Shown here: piece after piece, positions 8,440 to 16,724 of the stretch
How positions within the stretch are numbered: the stretch's first letter is position 1
Layout of the letters: each line of letters opens with the position of its first letter
NCBI GenBank assembly: GCA_964623795.1
Contig: CAZUVI010000001.1
Span: 8,315 to 35,822, forward strand
Reading direction: 5' to 3'
Length of the DNA: 27,508 nt
Origin: an uncultured Candidatus Saccharibacteria bacterium
GTDB lineage: Bacteria; Patescibacteriota; Minisyncoccia; UBA6257; CAYSDW01
Translations under genes and position numbers: made by a program
The notes under the pieces: generated by a model
What the model was told of the DNA's origin: nothing
Database searches by the model: none
What the model saw: only the letters and a program-made list of their open reading frames with translations

Positions 8440-8781
8440 ATGATGAAGCTTGCTCTTAAGAAACAAAAACCGCTGCACTGGACGCATCACTCGCAAAGCA
8501 AGATGCGCTACTACCGCCTCTCCGAGGCGCGCGTGAAGCGCGTGCTCCGAACGCCGTTCCGCATCGAGGAGGGCATTGTGCCGAAGACGGTCGCCTACAT
8601 GCAGTTGGCCGGCTCCGTAAAGCATCCCTCGGAGATCTGGGCGATGGTGCTCGATGAACCGCAACGGCGGAACGTGATCACCGCATGGCGCTACCCGGGT
8701 AAAAGCCCGGTGCGCAACCCCGTCCCGTTCGCCATCCTCCAAGAGGTTTCGGAATTCATACGCGCCGATCGTGAGGCATAA
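8440..8781 (+). CDS. Conserved hypothetical protein, DUF4258/BrnT-RelE-like pattern
   Basis: WTHHSQSKMRYYRLSEARVKRVLRTP...VITAWRYPG resembles the DUF4258 pattern. TATAAT lies at 8430-8435; the true start may be ATG 8443. Confidence 0.6.
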   Translation: MMKLALKKQKPLHWTHHSQSKMRYYRLSEARVKRVLRTPFRIEEGIVPKTVAYMQLAGSVKHPSEIWAMVLDEPQRRNVITAWRYPGKSPVRNPVPFAILQEVSEFIRADREA

Positions 8782-9385
8782 GGTTTTGCCGCGGTCATGG
8801 TTCGCGCGGTCCGCGCTCATCGTTGCGCGAGAACTTTTGGGAAAGTATCTCGTACGCCGCTATCGCGGCAGGACGATCGCGGCCATGATCACGGAGGTCG
8901 AGGCCTATACCGGCCCCGAGGACCTTGCCTCGCATGCGGCCCGTGGCCGGAGGACGGCGCGCACGGCGGTCATGTTCGGACCGGCGGGACGCTGGTACGT
9001 CTACTTCACCTATGGGATGCACTGGCTCGTGAACATCGTTGCCGGGCGCGAAGGCCATCCCGCGGCCGTGCTCATCCGCGGCGTAGAGGGCGTTTCCGGC
9101 CCCGCCCGCGTCGCCAGAACTTTTCGCATAGCCGGTTCGTTTACTGATATGCCAGCCAACCGGCGCTCCGGCCTCTGGATCGAGGACCGGGGCGTACGCG
9201 TTTCCCGGATAGTCCGTGGTCCGCGGGTGGGAGTGGGATATGCCGGTGCCGTCTGGGCCAAGAAACCGTATCGGTTTATGGTGAGCAGTGTCGAAAGCGA
9301 TAGCGCGAGTGCACCATTTTTCTTCGATGCAGAAAGCAAAAAGAACAACACATTATCTCGAAGGCGCGCGCATTCTCGTTCGTAA
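8771..9385 (+). CDS. mpg: 3-methyladenine DNA glycosylase (AAG/MPG family)
   Basis: VARELLGKYL, ITEVEAYTGPEDLASHA, YVYFTYGMHW, AVLIRG, GPRVGVGYAG...PYRF. GTG start. Confidence 0.92.
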   Translation: MRHKVLPRSWFARSALIVARELLGKYLVRRYRGRTIAAMITEVEAYTGPEDLASHAARGRRTARTAVMFGPAGRWYVYFTYGMHWLVNIVAGREGHPAAVLIRGVEGVSGPARVARTFRIAGSFTDMPANRRSGLWIEDRGVRVSRIVRGPRVGVGYAGAVWAKKPYRFMVSSVESDSASAPFFFDAESKKNNTLSRRRAHSRS

Positions 9386-11081
9386 CATCCGCGAGTATCG
9401 CCGCGCCATCGCGTTCTTGAGCGTGCTCGCGGTGGCTTCCGCGCTCGCCAACTCGTTCGTCCCGTACATAAGCGGGCGTCTTATCGACTCCCTGATATCG
9501 CTCGACCGCGATGCGGTCACGGCGCTTCTTGCGGTCTGGCTCGGCATCAAAATTGTAGCGGATATCATCGATTGGCAGATCGGCATTCGGAGCGACCGCT
9601 TCGAGACGGAGATCGAGGGAAATTACACCGCCAAGGGATACTCTCGGCTTCTTCTTCTGCCCGCCTCCTTCCATAAGTCCCAGAAGATGGGAGAGATCTT
9701 CGACCGCATCAACCGCGCCGCGAGCCACATGAGCGCCATCACGAGCCGAATACTGGTGACCCTCGCGCCGGAGTTTTTGAGCATCTTCTTTGCGCTTGCC
9801 ATCATGTTCTCGATCAATGCGAAGCTCGCGTTTGTCCTTTTGGGCGCCGTCACGGTCTACGCGCTTATTATCGCGCTTGCGACGCCGGGCATGGCGCGTC
9901 TTTTTCGCGCAATGCACGCCGCCTATAATCGGGCGTACGGCGACGCCTACGACGTGGTGATGAACGCCTTGACCGTAAAACAGGCCGGCGCGGAGGCCCA
10001 CGAGAGCCGCAAGATCTTCCAGAGTTTGTGCGTCAAAGCGGCGGAGTTCTGGTATCGCATCGTCGGCATCCAGCAGGGGTTGAGGGTTTCCCAGCGCATG
10101 CTGATAACGACGACGCAACTCACGATCTTCGTCTACTCGTTTTTTCTCATCTCGCGCGGCGAGCTCACCATCGGAGAGCTCGTGATGTTCAACGGCTATG
10201 CGGCGATGCTCTTCGGGCCGTTCTCGATCCTGGCGCGCAACTGGCATCTCATCCAGAACGGCCTTACCGCCATCATGCGCGCGGACAAGATCCTGGCTAC
10301 GGCGCCCGAGGTCTACGTGCCGGAGCACGCCGTGATGCCGGGGGAGATAAGGGGCGAGGTGCGATTCGAGGGAGTGTCGTTCGCCTACGGCGAAAAAGGG
10401 GCGCGGATCCTGCGGGATATCACGTTTTCGGCGCGTCCCGGCGAGACGGTCGCCTTGGTCGGCGAGTCGGGGGTGGGCAAGTCCACGCTCGTCGACCTCA
10501 TCTCGCGTTACTATGCTCCGGCGAAGGGCAGGGTGCTCGTGGACGGCCACGACGTGGCGTCGCTCGATCTGCGCGTTCTGCGGTCCCTGATCGGCATCGT
10601 TCCGCAGGAGGTGACGCTCTTCAACGATACGGTGAAGAACAACATCCGGTACGGCCGGTTCGGCGCCACTGACGAGGAGATCGCTGCGGCCGCCAAGGAG
10701 GCGCATGCGCACGATTTCATCGAACGGTTTCCCAAGAAATATGCCCAGGTGGTGGGCGAGCGGGGCATCAAGCTCTCGGTGGGCCAGAAACAGCGCATCG
10801 CGATCGCCCGGGCCATCCTCCGGGATCCGCGCATCCTCATCCTCGACGAGCCGACCTCGGCGCTCGATGCACGTTCCGAGGCGCTTATCAAAGGCTCGCT
10901 CGAGCGGCTCATGAAAGACAAGACCACCTTCATCATCGCGCATCGCTTGAGCACGGTCCGCAAAGCGGATATGATCCTGGTGCTCGAGAACGGACGGATC
11001 GCCGAGCGCGGCACGCACGAGGAGCTCCTCGCGAAGGGCGGCATCTATGCCAGTCTCTACGCGATCCAATTCGCAAAATGA
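9327..11081 (+). CDS. ABC exporter, fused TMD-NBD (MsbA/MdlA-like)
   Basis: About six TM helices, Walker A GESGVGKST, Q-loop VPQE, signature LSVGQKQR, Walker B ILILDEPTSALD, H-loop IAHRLST. The start (9327 vs 9288) is uncertain. Confidence 0.92.
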   Translation: MQKAKRTTHYLEGARILVRNIREYRRAIAFLSVLAVASALANSFVPYISGRLIDSLISLDRDAVTALLAVWLGIKIVADIIDWQIGIRSDRFETEIEGNYTAKGYSRLLLLPASFHKSQKMGEIFDRINRAASHMSAITSRILVTLAPEFLSIFFALAIMFSINAKLAFVLLGAVTVYALIIALATPGMARLFRAMHAAYNRAYGDAYDVVMNALTVKQAGAEAHESRKIFQSLCVKAAEFWYRIVGIQQGLRVSQRMLITTTQLTIFVYSFFLISRGELTIGELVMFNGYAAMLFGPFSILARNWHLIQNGLTAIMRADKILATAPEVYVPEHAVMPGEIRGEVRFEGVSFAYGEKGARILRDITFSARPGETVALVGESGVGKSTLVDLISRYYAPAKGRVLVDGHDVASLDLRVLRSLIGIVPQEVTLFNDTVKNNIRYGRFGATDEEIAAAAKEAHAHDFIERFPKKYAQVVGERGIKLSVGQKQRIAIARAILRDPRILILDEPTSALDARSEALIKGSLERLMKDKTTFIIAHRLSTVRKADMILVLENGRIAERGTHEELLAKGGIYASLYAIQFAK

Positions 11082-12073
11082 AATTATCCATCGGCATCGT
11101 AGGCCTTCCGAACGTGGGGAAATCCACGCTTTTTCGACTGCTCACGAAGCAGGCCGTGAACGTGGCGAACTATCCCTTCGCGACCATCGACCCGAACGTG
11201 GGCATCGTGCCCGTGCCGGACGAGCGCCTCCTAAAGCTCACCGAACTCTCGAAGTCGAAAAAGACGATCCCTGCCGTCGTGGAGTTTTATGACATTGCCG
11301 GCCTGGTGCGAGGCGCCTCGAAAGGCGAGGGGCTGGGCAACCAGTTCCTTTCGCACATCAAGGAGGTGAACGCCATCGTGCACCTCCTGCGTTGTTTTCC
11401 GGGGAGCGACATCGTCCATATCGAGAACCGCGTCGATCCGATCGCTGACCTCGAGATCATCCACGCCGAGCTTTCGCTCAAGGACCTTGAGGCGGTGGAG
11501 AAGGCGATCGGCCGCGCCGAGTCCGACGCGCGGGGCGGCAAGAAGGAGGCGCTCACGGCCCTCCCCGTCCTTGCGCGCGCGAAGGAGGCCTTGGAGCAGG
11601 GCAGGCAGATCGTCGAGTATGCGAACGATCCCGCCGTACAACCCCTGAACCTCCTTATGGCAAAAAAGCAGCTCTATCTTTTGAACGGTTCAGCGGCGGA
11701 TGTTCCCGAGGCGCTTGCGGCGCGCATCAAAGCGCTCGGCGGCGAACATATCATCGCCGACCTTGCGCACACGGACGCCGTGCCGGAGCTTATTCGCGCG
11801 GCTTACCGCATCCTCGATCTCATCAGCTTCTTTACGACCGGCGAAGATGAGACGCGCGCGTGGACGACGGTTCGCGGCGCCTTGGCGCCAAAAGCCGCCG
11901 GCGAGATCCACTCCGATTTCGAAGAGAAATTCATCCGTGCGGAGGTTATCGAGTGGGAAAAGCTCGTCGAGGCGGGAGGATGGAGCGCCGCGAAGGCCAA
12001 GGGTTGGCTGCGGATCGAAGGCAAGGACTATGCGGTCAAGGACGGCGACGTGATGGTTATACGGCACGGATAA
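11078..12073 (+). CDS. ychF: Redox-regulated ATPase YchF (Obg family)
   Basis: GIVGLPNVGKST, NYPFATIDPN, DIAGLVRGAS-GEGLGNQFL, TGS domain (AAGEIHSDF, VKDGDV). ATGA overlap with the ABC gene. Confidence 0.96.
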   Translation: MKLSIGIVGLPNVGKSTLFRLLTKQAVNVANYPFATIDPNVGIVPVPDERLLKLTELSKSKKTIPAVVEFYDIAGLVRGASKGEGLGNQFLSHIKEVNAIVHLLRCFPGSDIVHIENRVDPIADLEIIHAELSLKDLEAVEKAIGRAESDARGGKKEALTALPVLARAKEALEQGRQIVEYANDPAVQPLNLLMAKKQLYLLNGSAADVPEALAARIKALGGEHIIADLAHTDAVPELIRAAYRILDLISFFTTGEDETRAWTTVRGALAPKAAGEIHSDFEEKFIRAEVIEWEKLVEAGGWSAAKAKGWLRIEGKDYAVKDGDVMVIRHG

Positions 12074-12080
12074 GGGGCGC

Positions 12081-12224
12081 GAGCGCATCCATACCCCTTC
12101 GGGGGTCGGCTCGCCGCGCTCCTGCGGCGCGGCGGCCTTAGCCTCGGCGCCTGTGCTCCGCCTCCGGCGGAGACCAAGCCACAGGCGCCTCCGGAAACCC
12201 TCTCAGGGGTACGAATGCGCTCTT
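12081..12224. mobile_element. 144-bp structured dispersed element, copy B
   Basis: Aligns without gaps to 16544-16687 (18 mismatches). Terminal stem plus inner hairpins; sits 7 nt after the ychF stop between convergent genes. Confidence 0.8.
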
Positions 12225-12245
12225 GATGAGGGGGTAGAAGTTCGC

Positions 12246-13751
12246 TTATTCAATGATGAACGTAAAGGCCCCGCGCATAGTAGGTCCGTTCGGGGCGAAC
12301 GTTTGCGCCTCCGGACCCGTAAGGTAACGGATATTTTTGCGTTTTTGCTCCTCGGGCAGGAAGGAGTCGGTAAGGAACATCACGGTTTGCGCAGGCATCG
12401 GTATCCCGCGCACCAAAACGCCGTCCGCCTCCACGATCACGTTTTTTGGCGTTGTATCGGGAAGCGCGCGCATCTCGTGGCCGATCTCGACGTAATCCGC
12501 TGCGAATGCGTTCTGTACGTTCGGATCCTGTCCCCAGGTCATGAAATACGAATAGTACGCCTCGTAGAAGAGCAGGCCGAAAAAGAGAACCGCAAGGACC
12601 TCGAGATGCGTGGCGCGGGCAATAACACCGATGCGCAAAAAGCCCCAACTGTTCTCTTTCGAGAAATGAGTGTCCGCGAGCCGCTCTTTAAGCAGTTCCC
12701 AGAGCGCTATGCCGCCCCGCGCCGCGATGCCGAAGACGGGAGGGGCCATGAGAATGGCACGGAGCGCATGCGGCAGTCCTTCGTTCGAGATCGCAACAGG
12801 CAGGAGCGCGAGGCCGAACCACGTAAAGAGGACCTTGTCGTAGAGGGCGCGTTTCTTGAGACCGACCGCGATCCCGATGAGAAACAGGATGCCGACCGGC
12901 CAGAAAAGCTCGGGCTGGCCCGCGATGTTATGGCGCCAGTTCCCGTCGCCGCGGACGTTGAACATGCCGAGCGTAAGCGCGACGTTTTTCGCAAAATCCC
13001 GGAGCGGAGCGGGGGAGCTCATCACAGAGAGCTGGCCGGTGCGGCCGAGGAAATCCGCGGGGTGGAACGCGTAGTAGCCGAGGAGCGGAGCCGCAACGAG
13101 CGCGGCAACGAGAGTGACGCTCCCCGCGATCTTCCATCGTTTCGCATGCTGCCGGAGCCGCGGCACGAAACAAAGAAGGAGAAGCGGCATCACCCGGTAC
13201 GCGATGTAGGTGTGCGCGCCTAAGGCCAGCGCGGCTCCGGAGAGCGCGGCGGTCCGCACGGAGCCGGTCCGCATGGCGCGGAGCAGGAAATAGGCCGCCC
13301 AGATAAGAAAGAAGGGAGCCATAATGGCGCGGAAGCCGATGCGCGAGAAAATGATGTGCCAGACGCTCGTGGCCATAAGGAACGACCCCAGAAAACCGAT
13401 CAGGAAGTCGTTCTTGAGTTCGCTTGTCCGCGCGAGCTCCCGAAACAGATAAAACGCTCCCAGCACGCTCAGGATGCCGAAAAGCGCGGACGGGAGGCGG
13501 AGCATCCACGGCTCGCGGATGCCGGTCGCGGCAAGGAAGAGTGCCTGGATATTGATGAAGAGCCCTTCGCGGCCGTTGTTCTCGGGATAAAAGACCTTGA
13601 ACGTTCCCGTACGGATGGCTTCAAGCGCGTTATTGCCGTTCATCGCTTCGTCGGGATAGAGTCCCGGCGGCGTCGTCTCTAAATTGTAGAGGCGCAGGAA
13701 GGCGGCTATAATGAGAAGGAACAGGATCGCGCCGATCTCCTTTTTTGTCAT
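12246..13751 (-). CDS. Multi-pass GT-C glycosyltransferase (ArnT/PMT-like)
   Basis: PPGLYPDEAMNG, ENNGREGLF, WHIIFSRIGFRAI, HTYIAYR, GDGNWRHN, PHALRAIL. Confidence 0.85.
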   Translation of the reverse strand: MTKKEIGAILFLLIIAAFLRLYNLETTPPGLYPDEAMNGNNALEAIRTGTFKVFYPENNGREGLFINIQALFLAATGIREPWMLRLPSALFGILSVLGAFYLFRELARTSELKNDFLIGFLGSFLMATSVWHIIFSRIGFRAIMAPFFLIWAAYFLLRAMRTGSVRTAALSGAALALGAHTYIAYRVMPLLLLCFVPRLRQHAKRWKIAGSVTLVAALVAAPLLGYYAFHPADFLGRTGQLSVMSSPAPLRDFAKNVALTLGMFNVRGDGNWRHNIAGQPELFWPVGILFLIGIAVGLKKRALYDKVLFTWFGLALLPVAISNEGLPHALRAILMAPPVFGIAARGGIALWELLKERLADTHFSKENSWGFLRIGVIARATHLEVLAVLFFGLLFYEAYYSYFMTWGQDPNVQNAFAADYVEIGHEMRALPDTTPKNVIVEADGVLVRGIPMPAQTVMFLTDSFLPEEQKRKNIRYLTGPEAQTFAPNGPTMRGAFTFIIE

Positions 13752-13767
13752 TACATTCGATTATAGA

Positions 13768-14178
13768 ATGCCCGAAGAACTCCCGCAAAACCTGCATCCC
13801 GCGCTTGAACGCGACATCGCGCGCCTTTCCGAGCAGATCGGCAAGCATCGCGAATCTCCCGAACTCAAAGGCGCGGAGAGCAAAGAACTGATCCGCGAAT
13901 CCCTGCGGTCGCTTGCGCCTCAACCGGCAACGCCGGCGGTTCCGCAACCGCCGTCCCCGGAGGACGACGGCAGCGCCCTCCTGCCGTCCTATATGCAGGA
14001 TGAGCCGGCCGCGACCAAGCTGATGGTCGAGGAGCTTCTTGAGCTTTCGCTCCATACCGGGATCACGCAGGGCCTTAAAGAGGCGAGAAAGGCGGGGCCG
14101 TACATCCTCGACGCGTTCCACGACGCGCTTGTGGACAAGCTGTACCCCGAGCTTAAGAAGCGGGGAATCGTGGAGTAG
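13768..14178 (+). CDS. Hypothetical protein, partner of the downstream coupling-type ATPase
   Basis: 136 aa, Pro-rich linker, C-terminal helix ILDAFHDALVDKLYPELKKRG; 14 nt upstream of the ATPase. Start ATG 13768 chosen to avoid overlap with the divergent gene. Confidence 0.7.
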   Translation: MPEELPQNLHPALERDIARLSEQIGKHRESPELKGAESKELIRESLRSLAPQPATPAVPQPPSPEDDGSALLPSYMQDEPAATKLMVEELLELSLHTGITQGLKEARKAGPYILDAFHDALVDKLYPELKKRGIVE

Positions 14179-14192
14179 GCGGGGACGCTCCC

Positions 14193-16544
14193 ATGACGCT
14201 TTTTTTGATCATCATAAGTTTTCTTGCGGCCGCGCTTGTCCCGCTGGTCATTTGGTACGCGTGGAACATCCGCCGCCGGCTCTTTTTCGAGAACTTCAAG
14301 CTTCAGCTCTACCTCATCCGTATTCCGCTCGCCTCGAAAGAGGGAAAGGACCCGAAGGCGGAGGTCAACCTTTCGGAACAACTTTTTAATGCGCTCGCGT
14401 CCTTAAAGCGGCCGTTCGTGTTCGAAGCGGCGGTCTCGCACGTCGGCGAAGACATCTGCTTTTACATCGCGGTTCCCCGGGCACATGGCGGCATGGCGGC
14501 GCGACAGATCCAGGGCCTCTTTCCCGATGCGCAGGTTGAGGAAACGGGGGACTACAATCTTTTTAACCCGCACGGCGAGGCGCAGGGCGCCTCCGTAACC
14601 CAAAAACATCACTATGCACTGCCTATTCGAACGTATCAGGACATCGGCGGCGAAACGTTCGCGCCGATCTTAAGCGGTCTCTCCAAGATCAACACTGCCG
14701 GCGAAGGAGCGGCCATCCAGGTGATCGCACGGCCTGCCTCGGGAGAGGTGAAAAAAACGATAGCTGCGGCGCTGCAGCGGCTTAAGGCGGGCGAAACGCT
14801 CGAGAGGGTGCTCTCCTCGGGCGGCGGAGCCGCGCTTTCTTCGGCGCTCAAGGAGGCGTTCCCGGGCAAGCGGAAAAAGGAGGGAGAGCCGCGCGTGGTG
14901 GACGAGCAGGCCGTGCACGCGCTTGAAACGAAGCTCGCAAAGCCGCTTTTTTCGGTGAACGTCCGCGTTCTCGCTTCCGCGCCGTCGCAGTATCAGGCGG
15001 ACGCGATCCTGGACTCGATCGCGAGCGCCTTTACCCAGTTCTCCGCGCCGAACCGGAACGAGCTCAAGGCGGTCACGCCGCGCAATCTCGAGAGGTTCAT
15101 CTATCAGTATTCGTTCCGGGAGTTCGATCCTTCCCAGGCGATGACGCTCACGAGCGAGGAGCTTGCAAGCGTCTTCCATCTGCCCACGCCGTTCCTCGAG
15201 GTGCCCAAGATCAAATGGCTCAAGTCCAGGGAGGCCGCGCCGCCGACGGCTCTTTCCGCGGCGGGCGTGCCGATCGGGGAAAGCGTGTTCCGCGGAGAGC
15301 GGAAGACGGTGCGCGTGAGCGACGAGGACCGCCGCCGTCATGTCTATATCATCGGTCAGACCGGCACCGGAAAATCCGTACTGCTCGCGAACATGCTCGC
15401 GGACGACATAGAGCGGGGCAAGGGCGCCGCCATCATCGATCCGCACGGCGATCTCGTTGAGGCAGTGATGCGGCTCATCCCCGAGGAGCGGCAGAACGAC
15501 GTGATCGTGCTCGATCCAGGCGACCTCATGCGGCCCGTGGGCCTCAATATGCTCGATGTCGACCCCATGCGGCCGGAGGAGAAGACCTTCGTGGTGAACG
15601 AGTTGCAGGGAATCTTCAATAAGCTGTTCCCGCCCGAAACGATGGGTCCCATGTTCGAGCAGTACATGCGGAACGCGCTTCTGCTTCTCATGGAAGATAC
15701 GGCGGAGCCGGCGACGCTTATGGAGGTGCCGCGGGTCTTCACCGACAGCGCTTTTCGCGCCCGCAAGCTCGCGCGCATCACGAATCCGGCGGTTGTGGAC
15801 TTCTGGGAGAAAGAGGCGGTCAAAGCTGGCGGCGAGGCTTCGCTCGCGAACATCACGCCCTACGTCACCTCGAAGTTCAACAACTTCATCGCGAACGACT
15901 ATCTCCGTCCCATTATCAGCCAGCCCGCGTCCGCGTTCCGTTTCCGCGAGGTGATGGACGAGGGGAAGATACTGCTTGTGAACCTCTCGAAGGGCCGGAT
16001 AGGCGACATCAACGCGAACCTGCTTGGCATGATCATTGTCGGCAAGCTTCTCATGGCCGCGCTCTCTCGCGTGGACATCGCCGATCCGGAGAAGCGGCGC
16101 GACTTCAACCTCTACATCGACGAGTTCCAGAACTTCACGACCGACTCCATTGCCGTCATTCTTTCGGAGGCGCGGAAATATCGTCTGGACCTTGTCATCG
16201 CGCATCAGTTCATCGCGCAGCTTACGGAGAAGATCCGGGATGCGGTTTTCGGCAACGTGGGTTCGATGGTTTCATTCCGCGTCGGCGTGCAGGACGCGGA
16301 GTTCCTCGAGAAGCAGTTTACTCCGACCTTCACGAAGCAGGACCTTATCAACATCGATAACTTCAACGCCTACGCGAAGCTTCTCATAAATGGGCAGACC
16401 AGCCAGCCCTTCAATATCCGCACCATTCCTCCGCTTCGCGGCAACCCGGACCGCGTGGAGCGGATCAAGGAGCTTTCCCGCGCGCGCTACGGCCGCGACC
16501 GCCATGAAGTGGAAGCGGCGGCACTGAAGCGGATAAGGGAATAG
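14193..16544 (+). CDS. VirD4/TraD/HerA-FtsK-type ATPase with N-terminal TM anchor (DUF87/TrwB-like)
   Basis: RRRHVYIIGQTGTGKS (Walker A), IIDPHGDL, LYIDEFQNF (Walker B), EARKYRLDLVIAHQFIAQL, AVFGNVGS. Confidence 0.88.
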   Translation: MTLFLIIISFLAAALVPLVIWYAWNIRRRLFFENFKLQLYLIRIPLASKEGKDPKAEVNLSEQLFNALASLKRPFVFEAAVSHVGEDICFYIAVPRAHGGMAARQIQGLFPDAQVEETGDYNLFNPHGEAQGASVTQKHHYALPIRTYQDIGGETFAPILSGLSKINTAGEGAAIQVIARPASGEVKKTIAAALQRLKAGETLERVLSSGGGAALSSALKEAFPGKRKKEGEPRVVDEQAVHALETKLAKPLFSVNVRVLASAPSQYQADAILDSIASAFTQFSAPNRNELKAVTPRNLERFIYQYSFREFDPSQAMTLTSEELASVFHLPTPFLEVPKIKWLKSREAAPPTALSAAGVPIGESVFRGERKTVRVSDEDRRRHVYIIGQTGTGKSVLLANMLADDIERGKGAAIIDPHGDLVEAVMRLIPEERQNDVIVLDPGDLMRPVGLNMLDVDPMRPEEKTFVVNELQGIFNKLFPPETMGPMFEQYMRNALLLLMEDTAEPATLMEVPRVFTDSAFRARKLARITNPAVVDFWEKEAVKAGGEASLANITPYVTSKFNNFIANDYLRPIISQPASAFRFREVMDEGKILLVNLSKGRIGDINANLLGMIIVGKLLMAALSRVDIADPEKRRDFNLYIDEFQNFTTDSIAVILSEARKYRLDLVIAHQFIAQLTEKIRDAVFGNVGSMVSFRVGVQDAEFLEKQFTPTFTKQDLINIDNFNAYAKLLINGQTSQPFNIRTIPPLRGNPDRVERIKELSRARYGRDRHEVEAAALKRIRE

Positions 16545-16687
16545 AGCACATCCGCGCCCTTTCAGGGGTCGGCTCACCGCGCTCCTGCGGCGCGGCGGCC
16601 TTCGCCTCGACGCCTGTGCTCCGCCTCCGGCGGAGACCAAGCCACAGGCGCCTGCGGAAACCCCTTCAAGGGCGCGGACGTGCTCTT
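16544..16687. mobile_element. 144-bp structured dispersed element, copy C
   Basis: Second copy of 12081-12224. Begins in the last base of the ATPase TAG, again between convergent genes. Confidence 0.8.
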
Positions 16688-16724
16688 AGGGAGGGGGGAC
16701 GAAGAACAGAATGCCCGCCCGGTT

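Noticed and set aside
9276-11069. 597-aa minus-strand ORF mirroring the ABC exporter
   Set aside because: Codon-aligned antisense shadow of a high-GC3 gene; no independent motifs.
12600-12690. Odd segment HFSKENSWGFLRIGV in the second GT-C gene with a small TTCTC-GAAA-GAGAA hairpin
   Set aside because: The stem is only 5 bp and unrelated to the other elements; an alignment is needed to call it an insertion.
14193-16544. Conjugative element or ICE
   Set aside because: No relaxase, VirB4/VirB genes, integrase or att sites; the flanks are housekeeping genes.
12081-16687. Repeats as a CRISPR array or integron attC sites
   Set aside because: Only two copies 4.3 kb apart, no spacers, no cas or intI gene, and no RYYYAAC/GTTRRRY core sites at the ends.
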